Shown: piece by piece, positions 11,522 to 20,000 of the stretch
Layout of the letters: each line of letters begins with the position of its first letter
Position numbering within the stretch: the first letter of the stretch is position 1
Notes under the pieces: generated by a model
Told to the model about the DNA's origin: nothing
The model's input: the letters and a program-made list of their open reading frames with translations, nothing else
Databases searched by the model: none
NCBI GenBank assembly: GCA_048128005.1
Contig: JBEUKZ010000035.1
Coordinates: 50,133-70,132, forward strand
Origin: Veleropilina oligotropha
Taxonomy: Eukaryota
DNA length: 20,000 nucleotides
Direction of reading: 5' to 3'
Position numbers and translations under genes: made by a program

Positions 11522-12067
11522 ATGGAATCAAAATCAGTCAGTCCTTTGGTCGAGAGATGTCGCCTCGAAATTGGAGGGGGTGTATTTGTGACGGGAACTC
11601 CATGGCGCGACGAATTACTTATTCATATACGTGCGTACGACACTAAAGGAAAGTTATTTCCAACGAAACATGGCATAGCGCTCATGTTGAAGCAATGGAT
11701 CGAGTTGGATGGGTACGTTAAGACAATCGACGAGACCTTGTTGGGATTAACTCAAGGGAAGGAAGAAAAACTATTCGTCCACCTCGGTGCGAATGTTCAC
11801 GTTAGCGTGGATAAAAAGTACACGGGTGTAAATATACGTCAGTGGTGGTGGTGCGCAGAGTCCGATTCTATCAAACCGTCAAAAAAGGGGATTTTCCTGT
11901 CTTTGAAACAGTGGGAAAAGTTGAAAGATGCTATCGTTATCCTGCCTGATTTTGTTCCCGAACTTAAAACGACTACTCCGTGCGCAATTCAACAGGATCA
12001 CCAGAACCATATGGGTTATCTGCAGTGTTCGTTTTGCAATCCCAATGGATGTGATACGTGGAAATAA
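11522..12067 (+). CDS. Tandem PC4/p15-like ssDNA-binding protein with a C-terminal Cys/His motif
   Basis: Two PC4-like repeats (IHIRAY...FPTKHGIALMLKQW and VNIRQW...KPSKKGIFLSLKQWEKL), then C..H..CxxC (PCAIQQDHQNHMGYLQCSFC). Confidence 0.8.
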   Translation: MESKSVSPLVERCRLEIGGGVFVTGTPWRDELLIHIRAYDTKGKLFPTKHGIALMLKQWIELDGYVKTIDETLLGLTQGKEEKLFVHLGANVHVSVDKKYTGVNIRQWWWCAESDSIKPSKKGIFLSLKQWEKLKDAIVILPDFVPELKTTTPCAIQQDHQNHMGYLQCSFCNPNGCDTWK

Positions 12068-12411
12068 TGATGACATTATATGCAGTGAGTATTATAGCAA
12101 ACATGTATTAGACATTAATAATAACGTACGTACCTGTGGAATGCTATAAGACATTGTTGCTCCTTGAATTACTATCATTTAGGATGTTATCAACGGTAGA
12201 GAATGTTGCGGAAAACATCGTGTCTGGAGCTATGACAACAAAGACTAAAGTAAAATGGACTATTCGATTTATAGCGTTGTTATTAATGTGTGCCACTGTC
12301 GGATTTACATACAATAAAGGAGAACTCTGTGTATCATCAGTGTCGGCAGCCAGGATAGGAGCATATTTTATGAACATTACGGATGTTATCAATGGCACAA
12401 TCGCAACCTAA
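12067..12411 (+). pseudogene. Small hydrophobic (putative membrane) protein gene with an in-frame TAG at 12109-12111; alternatively an intact shorter ORF from a later start
   Basis: ATG 12067 overlaps the PC4 stop (TAATG) and is in frame with ORF 12136-12411: MMTLYAVSIIANMY*TLIITYVPVECYKTLLLLELLSF...WTIRFIALLLMCATVGFTY. Confidence 0.45.
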
Positions 12412-12603
12412 GGATTATGATGAAATTACTATTGATTATTATGAAGCAATTATTGTTATGTTTACTGTCTAAACACCTCACTACGAAACAAAGATTTGTA
12501 CAAATTGTATTCATAATTGCTTTGGTTAATAGATGTCAATAAATTTCATTTATATATATAAGGTTCTGTTCTTGCTTTTTTTTGTCATTAATATGTAATA
12601 AGC

Positions 12604-13683
12604 ATGGTAGAAGAGTACTTGAAAAAATTGTGGCATGATCCGAAGCATGGCTTTGTGGGTCCGGATAAACTACACAGTCTTGTACAAAAACAGGGGAAAT
12701 TCGAAATTAGCAAGAAATATATCGTTCAGTGGTTGCAGAATCAGGATGCGTACAGTTTACAAAAAGGTGTGATACGGAAATTCAAGCGAAGTCGTGTTAT
12801 AGTCGAAGGAATGGATTCAATGTTTGATGGAGATTTAGCCGATATGCAAAATGTTGCCAAGTACAACGATGATATCACGTTCTTACTCATCGTGATCGAT
12901 GTATTTTCTCGCTTCTTATGGGTGATTCCACTGGAAAACAAGTTGGGAAAAACAATTGTCAATGCTTTAAAATCGATATTTAAGCAGGGGAGAAAGCCAA
13001 ACATGATTAGATTTGATAAGGGGAGCGAATTTAATAATAGATTTGTTAAACCGTATTTGGCATCAGAAAATATTGCTGTCATCTTCACTGAAAATGAAAC
13101 GAAAGCCAATTATGCAGAACGAGTGATTAGAACATTGAAAAATATGATATATAGATACTTTACTGCTAATCAATCGTACCGATACGTAGACGTACTTCCG
13201 AGTTTGGTGTCAAATTACAATAATAGTCCTCACCGATCATTAGGTAAATGGACACCCTCTAGCATCACCAAAGAAAACGAAAACGAGGCAAGATACACTA
13301 TGTACTTAGCACGAACCAAAATGTCCTCGATCAACAAGAAATACAAATTTAAGAGGGGTGATAAGGTTAGAATATCGCACGTAAAGCATCCATTTTTACG
13401 TGATTATCAGCAAAAATGGTCAGAAGAATTATTTATTATCGTCAAACGATACAAGAGACAAGGGGTGCCCATTTATCGATTAACAGATTTTGTGGATGAA
13501 TCAATATCGGGTACATTTTACGAGAGGGAATTGCAGATGGTGAATAAAGATGCAGAAACAATTTGGCACATAGAAAAGGTATTGAAGAGAAGAAAACGTA
13601 ATGGCCAAAACGAGATTTTTGTGAAATGGATGGGATGGCCTTCGCGATTTAATTCTTGGGTGCAACAGACTGATGTCGTATAA
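12604..13683 (+). CDS. Retroviral-like (rve) DDE integrase with C-terminal chromodomain
   Basis: DLADM, VIDVFSR, FDKGSEF and AERVIRTLK catalytic core, YNNSPHRSL, and chromodomain WHIEKVLKRR...FVKWMGWPSRFNSWV. Confidence 0.95.
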   Translation: MVEEYLKKLWHDPKHGFVGPDKLHSLVQKQGKFEISKKYIVQWLQNQDAYSLQKGVIRKFKRSRVIVEGMDSMFDGDLADMQNVAKYNDDITFLLIVIDVFSRFLWVIPLENKLGKTIVNALKSIFKQGRKPNMIRFDKGSEFNNRFVKPYLASENIAVIFTENETKANYAERVIRTLKNMIYRYFTANQSYRYVDVLPSLVSNYNNSPHRSLGKWTPSSITKENENEARYTMYLARTKMSSINKKYKFKRGDKVRISHVKHPFLRDYQQKWSEELFIIVKRYKRQGVPIYRLTDFVDESISGTFYERELQMVNKDAETIWHIEKVLKRRKRNGQNEIFVKWMGWPSRFNSWVQQTDVV

Positions 13684-13718
13684 ATATATGTACAAAATAA
13701 TCACGATATCACATCGCC

Positions 13719-14138
13719 ATGAGTATTCGGATGGTGCTCATGTCTACCGATAGTCCTGAGTATTTTGAAAATAAGCCTTACGACTTCAGAGTAAAACTTA
13801 ACGGTGTTTTGCAATTTGACGGTTATTGGACTGTAGCATTAACCGAATTTTCCGTTAACAATTGCGCAAAGAGCAAAAATACACGTGATTTATACGTATG
13901 TTTCGATGCGTGTAGCGAAAGTGTGGTAGGTGACAAAAAAGTACCATTACTGAGAAAAGTGTATTTAAGAAGTAAACCACCTTGTAATATCATTTATGAT
14001 CTACCATATTATAATCAGTTGAATCAAAGTCAACTTCAACATGTGCACATTTATATAACAGACCGTAATGGTGAATATGCTTCATTCATCACAGGAACTG
14101 TGACAGTGACACTACATTTTAAAAAGTTCCCTTTCTAA
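13719..14138 (+). CDS. Minor capsid protein (penton, single jelly-roll)
   Basis: Polinton mCP pattern: LMSTDS..YF.NKPYDFRVKL...G.WTVALTE at the N-terminus and PLLR...IYITDRNG...F..G.VTVTLHFK at the C-terminus. Confidence 0.8.
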   Translation: MSIRMVLMSTDSPEYFENKPYDFRVKLNGVLQFDGYWTVALTEFSVNNCAKSKNTRDLYVCFDACSESVVGDKKVPLLRKVYLRSKPPCNIIYDLPYYNQLNQSQLQHVHIYITDRNGEYASFITGTVTVTLHFKKFPF

Positions 14139-14140
14139 CG

Positions 14141-14494
14141 ATGCCCGGTTCGATTTATGTAAGCGATCCCCGTGTGTGGGACCAAGTTTTCAAAGACCTT
14201 AGATCGGGTAAATTGAAGACAGAAAAACCTAAAAGACGTTATAGCCGCGGTATGACCGGACAGTATAGAACTCCATCCGTAATAAGAATTCCCCTCGTAT
14301 CACCAGTGGCTGCTGAAGTGGAAAGGGCAAAGGTTCAGTTGGAAAAGCAGAAGGAGGAAGGTTTGCCTCATATAAATGTGACTAATAAACGAAAAAGTGA
14401 CAGTCAGACTATAAACACGGAGAAGGACACATCGTCAACCAAGAAGAGACGTTATTTTTCGAAAGATAACTATAAAGGCACCGTGTTTGCATAA
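14141..14494 (+). CDS. Small basic protein, putative virion core/DNA-binding protein
   Basis: K/R-rich with NLS-like KPKRR and KKRR. Lies between mCP and MCP, and its stop overlaps the MCP ATG (TAATG). Confidence 0.6.
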   Translation: MPGSIYVSDPRVWDQVFKDLRSGKLKTEKPKRRYSRGMTGQYRTPSVIRIPLVSPVAAEVERAKVQLEKQKEEGLPHINVTNKRKSDSQTINTEKDTSSTKKRRYFSKDNYKGTVFA

Positions 14495-15813
14495 TGGCGT
14501 TTCTTAGCGATGATAATCAGAACATTACGATTCCAAACGAATTGAATTTGTTTAAAGAAAATACCAATCAAGTAGCCATTGAAAAAATTTATTATTCAGA
14601 ATCGCGACCAATTTCAAACATTCAGAGCGACGATGCACCCGTTGAGTTTAATATTATCGGTCAAGGTCCGGAATACATCGATTTAAAGCGAAGTCGTTTG
14701 TACGTGAAAGCGCGAATAGTAAGAGTTGACGGTACGCAACTAACTAAAGATGAAAAAGTAACGGTTATTAATTTACCCATGCACTCCATGTGGTCACAGA
14801 TCGATGTGTACATGAATAATAAATTAGTAAGTTTGAATACCAGCCACTATCCATGGAAAGCATATCTTAAAACCATACTATCTTCAGGACGCGATCAGCA
14901 GAAATCGCAGTTGCAATCTCAATTATTCTTTAAAGACATTGAACCAATGGACGAAACTGAGACTTCAAGTGGTGTGAACAGGGGTCTTAGGGAACGTAAT
15001 GCTTATACTAAAGAAAGTCAACCTTTTGAATTAGTGGGACCGTTACTCGAGGATGTTTTCACAATTGATCGCTACTTGGTTAATAATGTTAACATACGCT
15101 TAAAGCTTTTTAGATCGCGGGCTCCATTTTTATTGATGTCGGGAGAAAATTCGCCTGCATACAAGCTCGAACTTTTGGACGTTCTTTTTCAAGTTGCTCG
15201 AGTTCGTTTGGATTCTGGTGTAGTTTTGAATCACATGAAGCTATTCGAAGAGAATAAGGCTAAATATTACATGGACAGAACCGAAATTAAAATGAATACC
15301 ATAGCCAAAGGTTCAAGCGATTTCTTTTGGGACAATATTTTTCCGAATGCGAGACCCTCTAAATTGGTCGTTGGATTGATCAACCAAGCCGCAGTGAATG
15401 GTACATATGACAAAAATCCCTATAATTTCCAACATTATAATGTCACAGAAGTAGCTCTCTTTGTGAATGGTGAAAATGTTCCTGGACCGCCGTTGAAACT
15501 CGACTTTAATACGTACGGTGGAGCCGCAATGGCTTATGCAAATTTATTTGACACGTGCGATAAATGGAATACAGACGACGGCCTCGCAATAGAAAGATAT
15601 GATTATAAGAACGGATATACTTTTTACGTATTCACTTTGGATCCATGCGATCTGGGAGACAAGTACATTAACTTGATCAGGCACGGAAATACACGATTGT
15701 CGATAAGATTCAACAACGCGATAACTGAAGCTATCAGCTGTCTGGCATTTGCTACATTTCCTGCTCTCCTTGAAATCGACAAAGTGCGCACAGTTACATA
15801 CATTCAGCCATGA
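14494..15813 (+). CDS. Major capsid protein (double jelly-roll)
   Basis: 439 aa with Polinton MCP motifs: PVEFNI.G...YIDL....LYVK, HSMWSQIDV, YPWKAYL, RP..LVVGL, G.YDKNPYNFQHYN, GYTFYVFTL, G..RL.IRF. Confidence 0.9.
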   Translation: MAFLSDDNQNITIPNELNLFKENTNQVAIEKIYYSESRPISNIQSDDAPVEFNIIGQGPEYIDLKRSRLYVKARIVRVDGTQLTKDEKVTVINLPMHSMWSQIDVYMNNKLVSLNTSHYPWKAYLKTILSSGRDQQKSQLQSQLFFKDIEPMDETETSSGVNRGLRERNAYTKESQPFELVGPLLEDVFTIDRYLVNNVNIRLKLFRSRAPFLLMSGENSPAYKLELLDVLFQVARVRLDSGVVLNHMKLFEENKAKYYMDRTEIKMNTIAKGSSDFFWDNIFPNARPSKLVVGLINQAAVNGTYDKNPYNFQHYNVTEVALFVNGENVPGPPLKLDFNTYGGAAMAYANLFDTCDKWNTDDGLAIERYDYKNGYTFYVFTLDPCDLGDKYINLIRHGNTRLSIRFNNAITEAISCLAFATFPALLEIDKVRTVTYIQP

Positions 15814-16265
15814 ACAATTATCAATTAGAACATATTGTAAGGAGCGATATCTGTTTGAACGATGTGACACGTGGTGTATTCGCCAGTAATACATTACCCA
15901 GATATGTCACGGAATATCCTAGTGCGTACATCGTCAATACAGATCCATTGCCTGGACCCGGAAAACATTGGATCGCAATCCTATTTTTAAATGATGGACA
16001 TGCCGAATTTATGGATAGTTTGGGAAAAGCACCGGAACATTATGGCCTAAAACCGTTTATTGCAAGAAATTCGAATCACTATTCGTGGATAAAAAATAAA
16101 ATTCAATCCTCGGGTTCTAATTTGTGTGGCTTATACGTACTGTATTTTATAGTGATGAGATTATGTTTTGATGTATCGTTGGATAACATGTGTAGTGATT
16201 TTAGTCAAAATTTCGTAGAAAATGACGATTTTGTAGCTACGTTTATTCATTCGTTGTATTTATAA
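15810..16265 (+). CDS. Adenain-like cysteine (maturation) protease
   Basis: IVNTDP...PGKHW (His), FMDSLG (Asp), IQS (oxyanion Gln), LCG (Cys). ATGA overlap with the MCP stop. Confidence 0.92.
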   Translation: MNNYQLEHIVRSDICLNDVTRGVFASNTLPRYVTEYPSAYIVNTDPLPGPGKHWIAILFLNDGHAEFMDSLGKAPEHYGLKPFIARNSNHYSWIKNKIQSSGSNLCGLYVLYFIVMRLCFDVSLDNMCSDFSQNFVENDDFVATFIHSLYL

Positions 16266-16347
16266 TAAAACTCGATAATGCATCTTTGTGTTTGTTTTCC
16301 CATAAAAAGAGAATGCACTTCATTTTGGTATTCACTTGCAACGAAAC

Positions 16348-16980
16348 ATGTCGTCTGAAGCTTTACTAAAATTTGTGTCTCCAGCCACTATCATGATTAG
16401 TGGATGTACACAATCAGGTAAAACGGCTTTTACAAAAAGATTGCTCGAACATGATATGTTTACGACGCCTCCCGACAAAATAGTTTATGCATACTCCGAA
16501 TATCAGCCAATCTTTGACACCATGGAGGGTGTCATATTTCATCACGGATTGCCGACGAAAGAAGATATAGATACGTATGCTAACGGTCATACGGTGCTTG
16601 TACTGGATGACTTGATGTTACGAATTGTCCAATCACAAGAGTACTTACATTTATTTACTGTGACGTCACATCACAGGAATATAACGTGCATATTTTTGAC
16701 GCAAAATCTGTACCCCCCTGGCAAATATGCTCGTAGCATCTCATTAAATTGTACTTATGTAATCTTGTTCAGAAATCTTCGCGACAGCAGACAAATTATT
16801 ACCTTCGGTTCTCAGATTTTGCCGGGTCAATCTGCTTATTTCAAAGATGCGTACGATAAAGCAACTGCTTTCAAATTTTCCTATCTTCTGATCGATTTAT
16901 CGCCACATTCAGATAGTCAGTATCGACTACGTACGCGTATATTTCCAGGTGAAGATTGCATCGTGTATAAATCGCTATAA
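16348..16980 (+). CDS. A32/FtsK-like genome-packaging ATPase
   Basis: Walker A GCTQSGKT, Walker B VLVLDD, SHHRN...FLTQN and ISLN motifs. ATG 16348 is preferred over the TTG at 16336. Confidence 0.92.
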   Translation: MSSEALLKFVSPATIMISGCTQSGKTAFTKRLLEHDMFTTPPDKIVYAYSEYQPIFDTMEGVIFHHGLPTKEDIDTYANGHTVLVLDDLMLRIVQSQEYLHLFTVTSHHRNITCIFLTQNLYPPGKYARSISLNCTYVILFRNLRDSRQIITFGSQILPGQSAYFKDAYDKATAFKFSYLLIDLSPHSDSQYRLRTRIFPGEDCIVYKSL

Positions 16981-17018
16981 TCATCGTTACCAAACCGATA
17001 TGCATCATTGTTCTAATA

Positions 17019-17333
17019 ATGATTGACACGATAAGAACTCACTCCGCCTTCCTAATGATAATATTTAATAGTAGTCCGAGACAACGTAAAGCATTGATTA
17101 AACATATAAGCGCTGCTCAACTGAAGACATTATCGCAAGTTGCTAAGAATATATTGAAGGGACATTTAAAACTGACTCTGGATTAGATAAATAAACTAAA
17201 ACCATATAAAAGAATCATTTTGCTGTTGGCAAGCAAAGGCATCAGTCCGAAGAGTAAAAAGTTAGCATTACTGAAGCATCCGGCGGTGATACGGTTATTG
17301 TTAAAACCTATTATACCGTTACTCGATGGCTAA
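17019..17333 (+). pseudogene. Polinton-type small basic/amphipathic protein gene interrupted by one TAG (17184-17186); absent from the ORF track
   Basis: Manual translation: MIDTIRTHSAFLMIIFNSSPRQRKALIKHISAAQLKTLSQVAKNILKGHLKLTLD*INKLKPYKRIILLLASKGISPKSKKLALLKHPAVIRLLLKPIIPLLDG. It fills the gap between the ATPase and the next ORF, overlapping that ORF's ATG at 17326. Confidence 0.75.
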
Positions 17334-17601
17334 AGAATTAATATTGTTAGACAAGTCTCGATACGATGCATTTTGTCGTAAAGAATCCTCTGGAGAGTCG
17401 AATATCGCTTCATCGGAAAAGCCCAAATCTAACCAACCTATCGAAGTCGGCACTTCGTCTGAGAATCACGTTACGAGGGACGATGTTATGAAAATAATCA
17501 AAGATATCGTGTATCAAGACGGCTCGGGGGGAGTGCGTGGAAGGCTGATCAAAGGACCGCCCGGAAATCGTGAAGAACAATTTCGATTCTTACAGTATTA
17601 A
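17326..17601 (+). CDS. Small hypothetical Polinton protein with a GSGG motif (possible protease substrate)
   Basis: Intact 91-aa ORF overlapping the upstream gene end, containing QDGSGGVRG...GPPG and followed by AATAAA at 17614. Confidence 0.6.
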   Translation: MAKELILLDKSRYDAFCRKESSGESNIASSEKPKSNQPIEVGTSSENHVTRDDVMKIIKDIVYQDGSGGVRGRLIKGPPGNREEQFRFLQY

Positions 17602-17613
17602 TGTATAATTCTG

Positions 17614-17639
17614 AATAAAAAATATGAACACATTTTATT
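17614..17639. terminator. Closely spaced poly(A) signals on opposite strands
   Basis: AATAAA on the plus strand at 17614-17619 and TTTATT (AATAAA on the minus strand) at 17634-17639. Confidence 0.5.
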
Positions 17640-17719
17640 GAGTCGTATTATACAATATGTAATACAATTAATATATAGTCATAACGATACATTGATCGCC
17701 CGTATCCAATATTCGTCTA

Positions 17720-18260
17720 TAATATTCTGCACAAATACGAAATAATATTTACATATTATTTTCACCGACAATAAATATTAACAAATTTTTGATCAGAAAC
17801 AAAAAATATTAACAAGAATTTCACAAATGCATATAAATAAAACGTATGCGATATACGTTGATTCCAAGAATATTCTGTACAAAAATGATCAAACACGATA
17901 ATTATTTACATATTATTTTCACCGACAATAAATATTAACAAATTTTTGATCAGAAACAAAAAATATTAACAAGAATTTCACAAATGCATATAAATAAAAC
18001 GTATGCGATATACGTTGATTCCAAGAATATTCTGTACAAAAATGATCAAACACGATAATTATTTACATATTATTTTCACCGACAATAAATATTAACAAAT
18101 TTTTGATCAGAAACAAAAATTATTAACAAGAATTTCACAAAATGCATATAAATAAAACGTATGCGATATACGTTGATTCCAAGAATATTCTGTACAAAAA
18201 TGATCAAACACGATAATTATTTACATATTATTTTCTCCCACGTACAAATATTAACAAAAT
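17720..18260. repeat. AT-rich tandem array, 157-158-bp unit, about 3.4 copies
   Basis: ttcaccgacaataaatattaac recurs at 17761, 17918 and 18075, with a degenerate copy at 18233. Confidence 0.95.
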
Positions 18261-18451
18261 TTATCAACAACACACAAAATGAATAGTTAACATGACTTGT
18301 GCCAATGAGAGAGAGATAACAATAATTTACAGAATTTACAGTTTATCGGAATTCATTTTCACAGAAAATCATAGCATGACGTCAAAATAAACGATTCATT
18401 AAACAAAGTATTTACATATTAAACAAGCATATGTGTTAATACTAATCAAAT

Positions 18452-20000
18452 TTAATATCCATATGGTACGGTGTCAAGGTTAGGTAAAATGACACGTTTT
18501 GTGTAAACCATTCGATACTTTTTATTCTCAACACGATTGTAAAGCTTGCGTTTCAATTTATTGTGGCATATTTTACGGGGATTGGTTACAATTATGGAAC
18601 CTCGCGAGTTTGTGACCAAATCTTTGATAGCATCGAAGTTGATAAGCTTGCTGTTGGTGTAATTTAACGAGAATCCACGGACTTTACAGATCTCCCTGTT
18701 AGTGTTAGTACGAAAGGCGTAATTTTTGGGCCCTCCCGAAATAAATTCCACGATGAATTCATCATTTTCCAGTTCGTTCGTCAAGTCACCCAGATAATCA
18801 CCCAGTGGTATGTCGACTTTGCCAGGTCCTGTCACGTAAATCACTGAATCGGTATCGAAATATAATACGTTTCTATCGATTCGTTCGATTACATCATATA
18901 ATTTCAGTCGGGCCCAACAAGTCGTGAACGAGGCTATATAAATATTCGCTTTGTCGTTGCTGGGAATGCAAGATCTCTTGTGCATGTATTCTAGCAGTAG
19001 CATGTCAGGGGAGATAATGTGGAAATTTAGAATTTCCTTACTCTGGTCAAACAGAAAGTGAAAGAATTTTTCTGCTTCGGACTCGTGGATAATTTCTGTC
19101 TGTCTGTAGTTAAGACGCTGTCCGTACTTTCCCCAGAAGCTGTTCAGACAAAGTTTCGATAAAGCTCTTAACCCCGGATTTTTCCGAATGCAATCCACGT
19201 CAAGGTCAATGTGCTCATTTTCTGCATAATTGTCAATGTACCTTTTGACATCGTCAGAGTTTTCAACCCATGCTGGAAACCCACTGGCTTCTTGCTTCAA
19301 TTTTAAGAAAGTATTTATGTATCCTGTAAACAATCCACCTGTGTCAGTGGATGGATCATAGATTGTTGTTTCTGACCAATGATAGATTTCATAAATTTTT
19401 ATGATTTCATAGCCCAAACTGACAGCCTTAGATATTTCGGGGGTGCACCAAGTGCCTACAATGGCACGCTCGGCATCGTTACACAAACAAGGCTTCTGTT
19501 GTTCGTTATCGGCACATGTCCTGCATAATGGAAACTTTAATTTGCCATTTGATCTATATGGTAAGACGGGGTGGTAGAGTTTTCTGGGTGGTAAAATCTT
19601 AATTTTAGCCATGCCGAAATATTGGTCAATGTCATTGAAATCGCTGTTGATAATTTCGGGAAAACCGACGGGATATTTTGAGTATTTCTGAACGGCCGGA
19701 TAGAGGCTTGTAAAATCGATATATTTGATTTTTTCGTCGTCGGAGATGACGTGATGAAGACGGATAGCATTTGTACGACCCCCAAAGAAGCTGTCACGTG
19801 GATCGAGTCGGTCGACCAAGTCAAGAGTTTGAACGAACGCTTGTAAATTTGCATCAGTTTTCAGTTGTTCTCGAAACTGGTGTTCCCATATATAACTGTA
19901 TCGATAGCCAGCCTGTTTGATGAACGCTTCTTTTTTCATTGTCAAGGCATATTTCTCGTTGTGGCTAAGTCCAGTACATTCGTGTTTAACGTTTCTATCG
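18452..20000 (-). CDS. polB: Protein-primed family B DNA polymerase (C-terminal part; 5' end outside the window)
   Basis: GGRT, motif A YIDFTSLYP, motif B KLCLNSFWGKYGQ, motif C YFDTDS, and GPKNY. The frame stays open upstream of 19945 to the window edge (DRNVKHECTGLSHNEKYALTMKK). Confidence 0.96.
   Translation of the reverse strand, partial: DRNVKHECTGLSHNEKYALTMKKEAFIKQAGYRYSYIWEHQFREQLKTDANLQAFVQTLDLVDRLDPRDSFFGGRTNAIRLHHVISDDEKIKYIDFTSLYPAVQKYSKYPVGFPEIINSDFNDIDQYFGMAKIKILPPRKLYHPVLPYRSNGKLKFPLCRTCADNEQQKPCLCNDAERAIVGTWCTPEISKAVSLGYEIIKIYEIYHWSETTIYDPSTDTGGLFTGYINTFLKLKQEASGFPAWVENSDDVKRYIDNYAENEHIDLDVDCIRKNPGLRALSKLCLNSFWGKYGQRLNYRQTEIIHESEAEKFFHFLFDQSKEILNFHIISPDMLLLEYMHKRSCIPSNDKANIYIASFTTCWARLKLYDVIERIDRNVLYFDTDSVIYVTGPGKVDIPLGDYLGDLTNELENDEFIVEFISGGPKNYAFRTNTNREICKVRGFSLNYTNSKLINFDAIKDLVTNSRGSIIVTNPRKICHNKLKRKLYNRVENKKYRMVYTKRVILPNLDTVPYGY

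Larger units (their letters stand above)
10796..20000. mobile_element. Polinton/Maverick endogenous virus (left part; continues past the window end)
   Basis: AGTAGT terminus at 10796, repeat-rich terminal region, and the hallmark gene set: rve integrase, minor and major capsid, adenain-like protease, packaging ATPase and protein-primed PolB. Confidence 0.95.

Noticed and set aside
11879..19854. Antisense or off-frame ORFs within viral genes (11879-12076, 11928-12149, 12144-12398, 12741-13109, 13501-13704, 15544-15894, 19537-19854)
   Set aside because: They overlap better-supported genes and show no recognisable motifs.

Overview
AT-rich eukaryotic DNA, probably from an invertebrate animal, in two parts. 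Bases 1-10795 are host sequence: a 20-finger C2H2 zinc-finger ORF flanked by decayed fingers, then transposon debris. The debris includes a TIR element with a 7-bp TSD, a Crypton-like recombinase relic, a MITE nested in a fold-back element, a LINE 3' relic and a non-autonomous Helitron with an internal triplication. From 10796 to beyond the window edge lies the left part of a Polinton/Maverick endogenous dsDNA virus. It begins with an AGTAGT terminus and a 14-copy modular terminal repeat array. Then come a PC4-like gene, a small membrane-protein gene, an rve integrase with chromodomain, minor capsid, a putative core protein, major capsid, adenain-like protease, packaging ATPase and two small genes. 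A 157-bp tandem array separates these from a convergent protein-primed DNA polymerase B that runs off the window. The core viral ORFs are intact, but two small genes each appear to carry one in-frame TAG. All assignments are by eye from motifs; no database searches were run.
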